A DNA stretch of 64,000 nt, taken from assembly GCA_951406725.2 (NCBI GenBank), contig OX597835.1, positions 42,408,001-42,472,000 on the forward strand, given 5' to 3'. Positions 50,919 through 64,000 of the stretch are shown here, piece by piece. The translations under genes and the position numbers were made by a program. Position 1 is the stretch's first letter; each line of letters starts with the position of its first letter. Below the pieces are notes generated by a model, which saw only the letters and a program-made list of their open reading frames with translations, ran no database searches and was not told where the DNA came from. This DNA is from Octopus vulgaris (lineage: Eukaryota).

Positions 50919-51243
50919 ATATAGTCACTCGCTATCCAAGTACATCTCCTATATATATATATATACACACACACAAACATATGTGTGCTAAGAGAGAGAG
51001 AGAAGGGAAAAGAGAAGAAGAGAGTGAGAGAGAGATAGTTAGATAAATAGATTTTCCAATCTATACTGTACATCAACAGAGGATTGTTACGTATCTTCTC
51101 AGATAAATGCATGAAACCGTGGTATGGATTAAATTATAGAATTTTACTGCGCATGTATCCCCATATTCCCATACAGACATATCATATAAAGATATATATG
51201 TGTGTATATATGCAAATAAATATATGCATAGATACATATATAT

Positions 51244-51280
<37 letters not shown>

Positions 51281-51296
51281 GCCTAATAATATGTTA

Positions 51297-51332
<36 letters not shown>

Positions 51333-51523
51333 TTGTGTGTGTGTGTCTCTTCTCCTCATGGAACATCAGGCCTCATGTGATATTCACCCACTACGGTCAC
51401 TCACCCTCTCATGAACCTACCCCCAGGCTGGGCCGATATCTTCCGGCTCATTCACTTACCAGTGCTCTCAGACAGGGCTTCCCGTCCTATGCCTTCTCTT
51501 CCACAATATATAAATGTATGTAG

Positions 51524-51555
<32 letters not shown>

Positions 51556-51724
51556 ACACACACACACACAAATATATATACATATACATTTATATATAGT
51601 CATGTACATATGCACATATGTGGTACATATGTACATTTGTATATATATATACACACACATTATATACATGTATTCATACATACATGCATACATATATACA
51701 TATATAGGGAGAGTTTACGAAAAA

Positions 51725-51755
<31 letters not shown>

Positions 51756-52120
51756 AAGAGTGAGAGAGAGAGAGAAAGAGAGCTATATATACACATATTC
51801 ATATATATGTATATATATAAATCTACATGTATATATATATATCTATCTCAGGAATGTATGAAGCGTAGATGTGGAAATGTTCAAAGAACATTGAAACAAA
51901 TTTCCTACAGAGACACCAGATGACCTCCCCCCACCCCCGCAACATCATGCAAAGATATGCAAAGAAGGGCTGCTTGTCCAATCCCCTATTTCCAAATCCA
52001 GGACCAAACTTGGAGAGAGGGTCACGAAAATCAGTTGAAACAAACCAGGAATCACACCAATGGCAGGGCCCCAGCATGGATACAGACCCTGGGGTTGAAA
52101 CCAATAAAAGTAAAAGAAAA

Positions 52121-52162
<42 letters not shown>

Positions 52163-52239
52163 AATACATATATACACATATATTCAAACACACACACACA
52201 CATATATACATACACACACACACATATATATATATACAT

Positions 52240-52270
<31 letters not shown>

Positions 52271-52387
52271 CTTATAAGTGTGTATATAGATATATATATA
52301 TATATATATATATGTATACATATGTATGTATGTATCTATCTATCTATCAATCAATGAGTCTATCTATCTATCTATCTATCTGTCTGT

Positions 52388-52427
<40 letters not shown>

Positions 52428-52621
52428 GCATGTATGTATTTATATTTATACATATTTATATAATTCTATTCATACATATGTTTTACATTCTCCTTGGTGT
52501 TTGTGCGTATATGTACGTATATGCACAAGACAGTTTAGACCCACACATACACCCACACGTATTCTGATAGATTTAAAAGAGTTACGAAGAAGAGGATGGT
52601 GTATGTATACGCGTGTGCGTA

Positions 52622-52656
<35 letters not shown>

Positions 52657-52757
52657 ATATGTCTGTGTGTCTCTAATATGTGTAGTTAAGATGTGATGCA
52701 ATACAATATGTAAAAAGATTGGTGATATGCATATATATATATATATATATATACACA

Positions 52758-52789
<32 letters not shown>

Positions 52790-53100
52790 CTACACACATC
52801 CATATATGTATATATGAATATGTAATAACAGTGCGCATGTATGTGTGTTTGTGAGTGTGTGTGTGTGTGTGTACTTGTGTATGCATGTATTCTCTATTTC
52901 TAATAAAATATTCATGAAATATCCGTACATTTTGTAGATTTATCCAATTTTACAACAGATGGTTGTGAAAAATAACCCCATGACTTGATAGAAAGAAACA
53001 CCAGATCTTGAACCCCCGATTTTTCTACTCCTCTATATTTCACATGAATAATTTTTACACATTTTTTTTACCTCTGAACAAATTTGGCATTTAATAGTTG

Positions 53101-53131
<31 letters not shown>

Positions 53132-54575
53132 ACATATGCACACACACACACACATAGAGTTAGATTAATTAATGATTAATAAGAAGACTTTAATTAACTA
53201 ATTAGCTGAAAGAATTTTCTTCAATTTTATAAGATCCATTGTAAAAATAAAAAGTCTCTTGTGGGTGGTACAGTGATGTCTGCTTGCTGGTCACACGATA
53301 ATGAAGTTTTCTACTCCAAGGATCTGCTATTGAAACTGCAACCTGTATCCTTCATCCACAATTAAATTTCAATAAATATTTCATTGATATGTTCAAATAA
53401 CTTTAATTAATCTGTTTTCAAGAGCATAAAGGAAACGCACATATATATATTTTTATATCACTTATGATGTACAAAGTGAAATTTCTTGATTTTTGTCTTT
53501 CTTAGAAATGCTATCGAGCTCTTAATACAGATCAAAATGGCTGGTGCAAGAAACATCTTGGAAATTATTCCAACTAAATCCATGAAAAATTTTTATTGAT
53601 GTATATACTAAAATATTTCTTGAAAATTTTTCTGTCTTTTAGCAACAGGAATCTGTCAGAATTAAAATCTGTGAATTTTGCTATTCAAATATTATGGCAA
53701 CCATTATAAAATAAACCATGGTTTTTATATATGTATTCAGGGGATACAGAAAATGTGAAACAGCAGAAGATGTCTGTAACTGTAACTTATGTTAAATAGA
53801 TAGACAGATGCAACATCGTGCTTTCTGTAAAAGACAATGGAATCAGTGCAGAAGGATTCTTGTGTTCTGATTTGTGAACATAAACTGTTTGCTTCCTTTC
53901 TTTAAAGAGGGCATTATTTATTCAAGTTGCTAGAACAAGACAGACAGCCATTTTAATTTTTTTTTAATAATGTTAATATAATGGTAAGATTAAATATTCA
54001 CATAGCAATCAATACATAAATATATGTATATATATTATGTATATATACATACATGTGTGTGTATATATGTGTGTGTATGTGTGTATGTATAAATGTGTGT
54101 GTGTGTGTGTACATAATATAGATATATTTATATATATATATATTTATATATGTATATACAATTTATATATATTATGTGTGTATATATATATGTGTGTAAG
54201 TGTGTGGGTTTATATAAATATACACACATATATGTACATATTTTTTAGGGGTGTGTATGTGTATATACACACACACACACGTATATATATATATTCATAC
54301 ACACCCATGAATACACACATACATATACATACACACACGCATATACACACATACACATATTCACACCCACATACACACACGCACACACACACATACACAC
54401 ACACACACACACATGCAGTAACTAACACGCAATATCGATTATTTTTTTCATTCATATATTTGAATTTTTTCATTCATACACTCCTCATCTGTCTGTGTGT
54501 CCTCGCCTCCCCCCCTTTCTCTCTCATGTTATCTATTCTTACACCCACATAATTTCCATCAGAATTTCGATTTTT

Positions 54576-54616
<41 letters not shown>

Positions 54617-54989
54617 CTTCTCCTTCTTTGTCTCTGTCTCTCTCTCTCTTTCTCTTATGCCTTACTTCACTTTCTTTGTTTCTTGATGTCTCCTTCACTT
54701 GCATAACTCTCTCTCCCTCCTACACATAAACACTCTCTCTCCTTTTCTCTTTTCCACTCCCTCCCCCCCCCCTTTCTTGGCCCTCTCAACAGTCAAATAC
54801 ATTTACTGTGATACCCTATTTCATCTTTATGAATGCGTCTCTATAAATGTACCCGGAACTACTTTTATTTCTCTCTCTCTCCTTCTCTTTGTCTCTCTGT
54901 CTACCTATCTATCTATCTATCTATCTATATATGTTTTATTATACTTATAGATAAGCACATATATATATGTATGTAGGCATATATATATT

Positions 54990-55025
<36 letters not shown>

Positions 55026-55071
55026 TACACACACATACATATATATATATATACATATGCAAATATATATA

Positions 55072-55115
<44 letters not shown>

Positions 55116-55254
55116 TATATATATATATTATATACATTGTATATACTATATATATATATATGAACTCAAATATAAATATGTTCTCTTGGTGGAGTTTAAG
55201 TTTCTTTAAGAATGTAGAAAGAATGGTAAAAAATTTTGCTTTCAGTATACAGAT

Positions 55255-55305
<51 letters not shown>

Positions 55306-55424
55306 TATATATACATATGTACATATATATATATATATATACATATTAATTTGTTAGGCGTAGGTATGTGATCAGATTAACCTCCATTCTAATGAATGTG
55401 GAACTGTAGGTAGACAGGCTTTAG

Positions 55425-55459
<35 letters not shown>

Positions 55460-55504
55460 CATGTGTGTATATATATATATATATATATAAATATATACAC
55501 ATAC

Positions 55505-55551
<47 letters not shown>

Positions 55552-56614
55552 CATACATATATATGTATGTTTGTATATATACTGTACACACATATATATG
55601 TATGTGTATATGTATATACATGTATGCACACACACACATACAAAAATTTACACCCAACGCCTTAATCCATATTCTTACGCACCATACTCCCCAAGTCATT
55701 CACACGGCCGACCGACCGACCGACCGACCACTCTACCAAACCAAGATCAGCTGCAATCAATCAATCAATCACTCAACCAACCAACCAACCAACCAACCAA
55801 CCAACCAACAATCTAACCAACCAGCCAACCAGCCAGCCAGCCAGCCAACCAATGATTATTCAGTTTCAATACTTGCTGATGGTTTCGTTCCTCCACCGTC
55901 AGCCTTCTGCCTTTCCCTCACATGACTCTGCCATATTCAACATGAACTGAACCATCCTCACCCCCCCCCCCCCCCCCAACCGCCTCTTTACAAATTATCA
56001 CACTGTTGCTACTCCCTGAGTCCCATAATAACCAATACGAATGCTTCGGGACATTTAAGATTTCGCTACAAACCTTAAATGATCCCACTCTTTTGGAAAC
56101 ATCGTACTCTGATGTCTTCGTACCCCACACACACCCTAGCGAATTCTTCATATTTGAAGTCCTTTCTTTCATTTATACCCTCCATATTGCTTTTCCTATC
56201 GCAAAAACAATTTACTCCAAGAACAGGAAAATTTTTTAGTTTCCGATTCCGGCCATACTTTAAGGTCAGGGCATTGTTTCTTCATTGCAATATGATATCA
56301 AAATCTGATTATATTTTTCTTTCTTGTATTCCAGCTAACTTTGGTATTATTAGTTCCATTAACAAGTGACAGCAGTGACCATTCCCTCTTTTGGTCCTGC
56401 CATAAAATATTCTCATAGGGAATTATGCCACATGCTTCCAATATACTCTAATGGTATACATACATACATGTATACATACATGTATACATACATACATGTA
56501 TACATACATACATGTATACATACATACATGTATACATACATACATGTATACATACAGATATACAAATATATGTATGCGAATGTGTATGTGTGTGTTAAAT
56601 AATTTTTCCTACAA

Positions 56615-56818
56615 CAGACACAAAGTCTGAAATTTTGAGGGAGGGGACTAGTTGATCCCATCGACCCCAGTGTTTCACTGGTACTTAATCTATCGACCCT
56701 GAAAGGATTACAGGCGAAGTCGACCTCGATGGAATTTGAACTCAGAATGTAGTGATGGGCAAAATACTTCTAAGCATTACGTCTAGCGTGCTAACGATTC
56801 TGCCAGCTTGCCGCCTTG
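56615..56818 (-). mobile_element. SINE family A
   Basis: Standard head and central domain. Confidence 0.8.
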
Positions 56819-56940
56819 TGCTTGTAAAGTAATGAAGGCAGTTCTATGCAATATAAAACCAAAAATGAAAAATTCCATTGTCACTAATTGTGACGACTGA
56901 GGGTGTTGAGATTGATTGCAGCTGATCTTAGTTTGGTAGA

Positions 56941-57054
<114 letters not shown>

Positions 57055-57067
57055 GATAGATAGATAG

Positions 57068-57103
<36 letters not shown>

Positions 57104-57277
57104 CATAAATATATATATATATATATTTATGAGTAGAATAATGAATGAAAAGGGAAATAAGGAAAGCTTCTAAAATTGCAGAGAAGAAAGCTGAAAATCT
57201 TTTATATATTTCAGGTGCAAAGACCCATTCTCAGAAGGAGTCTGTCTGTTTGTCTGTCTGTCTCTCTGTATGTATGC

Positions 57278-57341
<64 letters not shown>

Positions 57342-57491
57342 GTGTGTGTGTGTATATATAGTAAGCTAGGAGGGATTAACTAATCCCGGAGTTTACCTTA
57401 GGAAGCACTCACATGATTGTCAGCTGTCTTGAAATGGATTTCTCTGATGGAAACTCAGGTTTCAAACTACTAAAAAATTTGCAAGCCTTTA

Positions 57492-57527
<36 letters not shown>

Positions 57528-57645
57528 TTACATATGTATGTGTAAGTGTATGTTAATATACCTATATATTTATATAAGCGTATGTCTCTCTCTCTCCCTT
57601 GTCCTCTCTCAGCTTTCTCTCTCTCTCTCTCTCACTCATGCTCTT

Positions 57646-57720
<75 letters not shown>

Positions 57721-58107
57721 AGCATTAATTGGTTGAAAAGCTATGTAAGTGACCACGGGCCAAGATTTTCATGTACAGCGCTCATCAAAGCAATTTAAAA
57801 GTCATGAATTCTCTCCTCTCTATATAAAGGTATAAAGGAAAAAATAACAATTGTTCTGGAATATTCAGTCAAGAATAATTATTGCAAAGTCATATAATAA
57901 TCAATAAATTTCAAATATGCCCATTAAGTGAATTAGTGGAAGGGAAAATTAGAATGTAATGATAAAATATAGTGAGATACGACTATATACACTTCTATAC
58001 AACAGAACTACATGTAGACATATGCATAGATAATACACACACATGACTATGTATGTATGTATATAAATATAAAAACATATGTATATACATGCGTATATAT
58101 ATATATG

Positions 58108-58155
<48 letters not shown>

Positions 58156-58204
58156 TATACATACACACACACATATATATATATATCTATATCTCTATAT
58201 ATAT

Positions 58205-58254
<50 letters not shown>

Positions 58255-58444
58255 TTATATGTGTACAAAATAGTATAGACATATATACAGTAGGTCTCAC
58301 AGACACATAATTATGGAAGTATTTTCACTTGCTCATGTATACATAAGCATATATCTGAAGCATACACATAGAAATTTAAGCACATATACACGCATCCATG
58401 GATATATGTATATACATACAGGCACATATATACACACAAGCATT

Positions 58445-58482
<38 letters not shown>

Positions 58483-58774
58483 TATATAGATAGATAGATA
58501 CACACATACTTGCACACATACATACACATATATATATATATACACATACACATATATATGTATATATTTTCTTTATATATATATGTATATAGATATATAT
58601 CTATCTATGTGTGTGCGTGTGTGTGTATATATATATATATACACACACACACAAAGACACACATATATATACACACACACACACATATATATATACACAC
58701 ACACACATATATATACACACACACATATATATACACACACACACACACATATATATATACACACACACACACAC

Positions 58775-58843
<69 letters not shown>

Positions 58844-59337
58844 TACATATATGTACATATATATACAGAAGGGGGGAGATTGAGCATGTGACAGCAAAAG
58901 ATCAATAAAGACAAGACAGAACAATGCTCGAACGGATGTGAACTGAAGCTGCAACTTTGCTGACCTGGACCAGCGCTCCATCACTGAAAGTGGGTTCTAA
59001 GAGCCACCCCTACGGAGCTGTTATGGGGGCAGCGAGGCAGATAAGCACAGGATTGAGACAAATATTTATATCGAACTCAAAATACAGATTATAAAGGATT
59101 ATAAAATTATGAAAAAAAATATACACAAAAAAAACTACATAAAGCTGATCCTAATTAACACACACACACACACACACAACATGCACACACACACATTTTG
59201 GTTAGGCATTGTGAGACTAATAACCCGGTGGAGAACTCAATATGTGTGTGCTTCAGAATGAAGCGTTAGTGGTGTACGGAATGGTAATAAGAAAAATGGA
59301 TGACTTAGGAATAAATGATTATCTTATGAACTTCATT

Positions 59338-59407
59338 ACCTTACATCTGTTTCTGCTATCAGGTGTAGTGGGCTCAGTTGAGTGCCTTATAGCTTCATCA
59401 GAGCTTC
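59338..59407 (-). ncRNA. Type I hammerhead ribozyme-like motif with long stem II
   Basis: gaagct-CTGATGA-a-gctataagg...cctgatagc-a-GAAAC-agat-GTA|agg; stem II has 8 of 9 bp paired. Confidence 0.65.
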
Positions 59408-59592
59408 ATCCAGCCGTAAGCTAATGAAGTTCATAAAATAACTGCTTTTTCCTTCGTCGTTTTATTTTCTTATACATACATACATACATATATATATATA
59501 TCTTTTTATATATATATATATATATATAACTAATGTAGGATAAAATTTTATCAATGGCCAGCATATCAAAAAATACCTTTAAAGGTTAAATT

Positions 59593-59776
59593 TATAAATA
59601 ACTTATAAAATAAGGGCAAAAGAAAAATTCTAATGCCAAATATGCCGTAAAAAGACAAAATTGTCAATAACCATTATAACCATTATAAGACGCATAAATT
59701 ATAATGGTTATTGACAATTTTGTCTTTTTTCGGCATATTTGGCATTAGAATTTTTCTTTTGCCCTTATTTTATAAG

Positions 59777-59785
<9 letters not shown>
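59593..59785. repeat. Long near-perfect inverted repeat (87-bp arms, 19-nt spacer, 1 mismatch)
   Basis: 59593-59679 versus 59699-59785; T/T mismatch at 59648/59730. Confidence 0.95.
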
Positions 59786-59849
<64 letters not shown>

Positions 59850-60149
59850 TATACATATATATACATATATGTATATCAATATGGCTGTTCTTTAGGAATC
59901 GATGTTACTAGTGCTTTAACCCAGCCTCCTCCAGCTTGTTATCAATGCAATCTACATCCAATATACATCGCCAGCAGGGAAGTGAACTCCTGCCATCTTC
60001 TAGCAGATTACAGGATTATCAGGCCATATGGTTTCGGGCTATTTGTACCCGCTGTCAGTGGTGGACACCCCTTCGCTAGAGATAGCAGTAATTTGCTCCA
60101 GCTTGCAATATATGGAGATTTTCTAGCTAGCTACTTTGCTCGGTATATA

Positions 60150-60327
60150 CAGGGTTGGCCAAAAGTCACCTGACAGTAAATCAATAACATTTAATTCCAA
60201 GATTTATTTATGTTTAACAACTGAATTAATTTAATAAAAGCATCTGAATATAAAACATCAGGATAGTTGTTCAAACTGAAGTCCTTCTTGAGTGACAGAT
60301 TTTTGCATTCGAGTCAATACAACCCTG
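60150..60327. mobile_element. Tc1/mariner-type MITE
   Basis: TA-cagggttg ... caaccctg-TA. Confidence 0.6.
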
Positions 60328-60353
60328 TATATATAAACATATATTGTCATATA

Positions 60354-60515
60354 GGCGTAGGAGTGGCTGTGTGGTAAATAGCTTGCTTACCAGCCACATG
60401 GTTCTGGGTTCAATCCCACTGCGTGGCACCTTGGGCAAGTGTCTTCTACTATAGCCTTGGGCTGACCAAAGCCTTGTGAGTGGATTTGGTAGACAGAAAC
60501 TGAAAGAAGCCTGTC

Positions 60516-60549
<34 letters not shown>

Positions 60550-60785
60550 GTGTGTGTTTGTGTGTGTGTGTGTGTCTGTCTGTGTCTGTGTTTGTCCCGC
60601 CCCCCAACATTGCTTGACAACCAATGCTGGTGTGTTTACATCCCCGTAACTTAGCGGTTTGGCAAAAGAGACCAATAGAATAAGTACTAGGCTTACAAAG
60701 ATAAGTCCTGGGGGTTGATTTGCTTGACTAAAGGTGGTGCTCCAGCATGGCCACAGTCAAATGACTGAAACAAGTAAAAAAAAGA
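60354..60785 (+). mobile_element. Full-length SINE family B
   Basis: Reverse complement of 8662-9048. Confidence 0.9.
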
Positions 60786-61789
60786 AAGAAAAAATATGTG
60801 TAGGTTTACATATAGAAATATAAAGACTCAAACAGATGTAAAGAAAGCATCTGCACATCTGTTGGTGAAGAAGAAGCAGGTGGTGAGTCAGGTGGTGAGT
60901 CCTAGAACGTTCTTTGACTCTAAGGAAAATATCTATAAACGTATTGGTTTCACATTTTGGCACAAGGCCAGCAACTTCAGGGGAAGGTGGGGTAAAAGCC
61001 AATTACATTGAGCCCAGTGCTCAACTAGTATTTATTTTATTGGCTCCAAAAGGATGAAATGCAAAGTGGACCTCGGTGGAATTTGAACTCAGAACATAAA
61101 GATGGATGATATGCTGCTAAGCATTTTGCCCAGCATTCTAACGATTCTGCCAGTTTGCTTCCTCATGTCTATAATTATATTGATAAATCAAAGACATTTC
61201 AAAGTATTTTCTCTTATTTGCATATGCCTGTGTAGCAATGCAAAACCATTTGCTCATAAGCGAGAGAGTGTTATGCACGAACACAAATATGTACACATAA
61301 ATGTATGCACACATGTACATATGTTCACATACGTGCCTGGAAGCATATATAAATATACACACACATACATATATGCATACACACACACACACAAGGGTTA
61401 TAAATGTAATCAGATATAATGAAGTTTAGCTGATTCAGGGTATAGAACACATAGCTCTTTGAAGGCACAGGGTGTATATTAAATATATAATACCGTTTAT
61501 AAAAAAGGCACATGAAGCTCAATAAGGGTGTATATAAAACTCTTACGAGATTGGGTAGATATAAACAAATCAAGCAGTGTAAATTTTGCAACATATGCAA
61601 GAAGGAATGGTCTGTTAGAAGCATATATATAAGTTAGATGGTTTGTTTAAAGCAGGGAACCAAAACTAAAGAGATTGCACTATATAGACATGAAAATGTA
61701 AATGCAATTTCAAGTAGCCAATACAGTAAACCAATAGTTTAAATCAGATATGTTATTAAAAAACTCACATACACATGCATTATATCATC

Positions 61790-62720
61790 ACAATTTCTTC
61801 TGGTGGATAATCTAGAGAATTATAGGAAAAATTTTCTTTGGTGGGGGCATGAAAAAGTTAATTCAAATTTGGAATGTTAGAGGCTGTGTTAGGATTTTGA
61901 ATTGTTTAGATATGCAAAAGGGACACTAGCATCTATTGACACGAGCAAAAGCAGAGTCAAAAACTGAGCATTTAATTTTATAGTTAGAAATACCTTTATC
62001 TTTTAGACTCAAGATTCATTTCAATAGTGTTGTTGTAGTTCTTTTATTGTCATGTCTAAATGTGTGTGTACCATGAGTATATTTGCATTTAAAAGAGTCT
62101 TGGTAAGACTTATGTAACATTTTATGCCATTGTTCTTATAACTAGAAACTTTCATGTAATATGCAACACTTTTTTGAAGATATTTACTGTTTACATCAGT
62201 TAAAAAATTGCATTCAAGTGAAAACTTATGAGCAAGAGTGGGAACTAATATCTTTCTATTAATCTTTGGGAATGAAGTGGTACAATTATCCACACTGCTG
62301 TAACTTACTTTAAGCTTACATCTATTAAAAACTTTTGTGGAACTTATGAGCAGTAGGGAAATGTTTACTAACTAAATTTAGAAAGTATTGACCAATGTTT
62401 GATCTGATATTCAAACTAGAAGGTGGGTTAAACCACATATCCTTTTTTTTTTTTTTGAAGTTGCTAGTATTAGAAAAACAGTGCAGGGAAATGTTCTTCA
62501 ATCTATCAATGAAGTCAGTTTTGCGAGGTGTCACTGTAAAAGAAAGCAGCACAGTTAAACGTTTCTTCATCAGAAGGTGTTCTTGAAATTTTGTTACAAA
62601 TATTTCTAAGTAAATGTTTTAGAATGGTACATTTGAGGTTTTGTGAATATAATGTGTAATTTTGTTTTGTGTTCTCAAAGAGTTGTAGATGCTTGTGGCT
62701 ACATTAAGTGTAATGTCTAA
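61790..62720 (-). mobile_element. Degraded Penelope-like element (Neptune-type C-terminal region)
   Basis: WFNPPSSLNIRSNIGQYFLNLVSKHFP..HKFHKSF(*)..KLKVSYSS motif characteristic of these PLEs. Confidence 0.75.
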
Positions 62721-62943
62721 AATATTAACCATGGCATTTGCAATAGTCTTAAGAGTGGTTGGTTGGTGTTAGGAAGGGCCTTCAGCATTGACATTTGCAA
62801 TAATCTGCAGAATTGTTGATGTTACGAAGAACATCCAGCTGTAAAAACCCTGCCAAACCTGACTCAGTGGCCTGGGGTAGTCTTCTACCTGGTTAGTTCC
62901 TGACAACCATCCTATGCCTGTATGCATGGAAGATGGACATTAA

Positions 62944-62975
<32 letters not shown>

Positions 62976-63021
62976 AATGATGATACACAGACACACATAC
63001 ATGCACATATACACACCAACG

Positions 63022-63057
<36 letters not shown>

Positions 63058-63077
63058 TGTATGTATGTATGTATATA

Positions 63078-63560
63078 CACGGTGTTTGAGCTAATTTTGA
63101 GAGTTTGCATAAAAAGAAAACACAACATCCCATCCAAAAATAAAGGTTTTATAAAAAACTTTAAAAATATCAACCTAGATTATGGCTAGGAGATAACAAT
63201 TTACTCCGTAGATGCCCTCAGCTTTGATTATGCCTTCAAGATGGCTTCAGAACCTGGTGCAGGCATTCCTCACTGTGTCCTCAGGAAGATCTTTGAACAC
63301 CTCCTTGATTTCAGTCACTAGTTCAGCCTTGGTGTTGCAGGAAGAGCGATTGGTGTCTTTCTCAAATCCATGGGATTTTAATTGGGGGAATTTAGGGGGT
63401 CACAAATTGGAGCTGGTGAAATCATAGAAATTCTCCAACAACCATTTCTGACTCTTTCCAGAGGAATGCCAGGGAGCTGAACCCTACTGCCACACATATG
63501 GCCTTCCATCAGTGACCCTCTCCAGCCAGGGTTTCACTACAGCCTCCAGCAGCAACAGCT
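63078..63560 (-). mobile_element. maT/DD37D transposase remnant
   Basis: TA-cacggtg terminus; minus strand VVKPWLERV..GRPYVWQ*GSAP; C-terminal RF..HLEGII.AEG. Confidence 0.65.
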
Positions 63561-64000
63561 TCACATAGCTGTCTGAATTGAGTCTAAGGTCTTGTTTAAA
63601 GATATGGGAATGAAATGCAGTGTGTTGATGCACTCAGAATGCTTGCTGTGTCCCACCATGCAGGCCATTACTTCATAGTCTCTGTTGCAGCTGCCCATCT
63701 CATGTCTTGCAGCCTTTACAATATTCACAGAGCATTGAGCAGCAGCAGTCCTGATGTTGGCATTTTGATACCAAGTACAAATCCTCAATGTACAGGTTAA
63801 CTCTTTCCCAATATTCAGATGGCTTCCAGTCCTTTGTGTCAGCCAACTTTTTCTCAATTACAACTTTAGTCTTTATGCTTTAGTCTTTATGCTTTCCAAG
63901 GCTATTGACTGTTCACCAATACATCAAGATTTTCTTGAAAAAAGTAGACACAAAATATCACCAAATTTAGCCTAAACATCTAAACATCCTGTATACACAC

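Noticed and set aside
58955-58985. REST/NRSE- or CTCF-like motif
   Set aside because: Too many mismatches to either consensus.

Overview
Eukaryotic, AT-rich, repeat-dominated genomic DNA. The SINE, LINE and MITE complement and the very dense (TA)n/(CA)n/(GA)n microsatellites resemble a coleoid cephalopod genome, most likely Octopus; this is pattern recognition, not a database result. No complete host protein-coding gene can be supported, and nearly all short ORFs in the track are microsatellite or transposon artefacts. Supported content: a young 5'-truncated RTE-clade LINE with an intact RT frame (41193-44255, minus) plus other RTE, CR1/L2 and Penelope-like (PLE) fragments; a full-length dead mariner; maT/DD37D remnants; a Merlin (ISXO2-like) transposase fossil with GG-ended, 8-bp-TSD MITEs; hAT and piggyBac-type MITEs; four tRNA-derived SINE families; and two candidate first exons (about 48.5-48.9 kb and about 53-54 kb). 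Most notable observations: (i) several type I hammerhead-ribozyme-like motifs in short PLE-related repeats sitting in (TA)n tracts, one with an antisense arm covering its cleavage site, plus one insertion that starts exactly at the predicted self-cleavage site; (ii) recurrent foldback hairpins at insertion ends, including a 73-bp RTE hairpin whose three mismatches all look like A-to-I editing fixed in DNA; (iii) a SINE that repeatedly inserts into one site of its own head.
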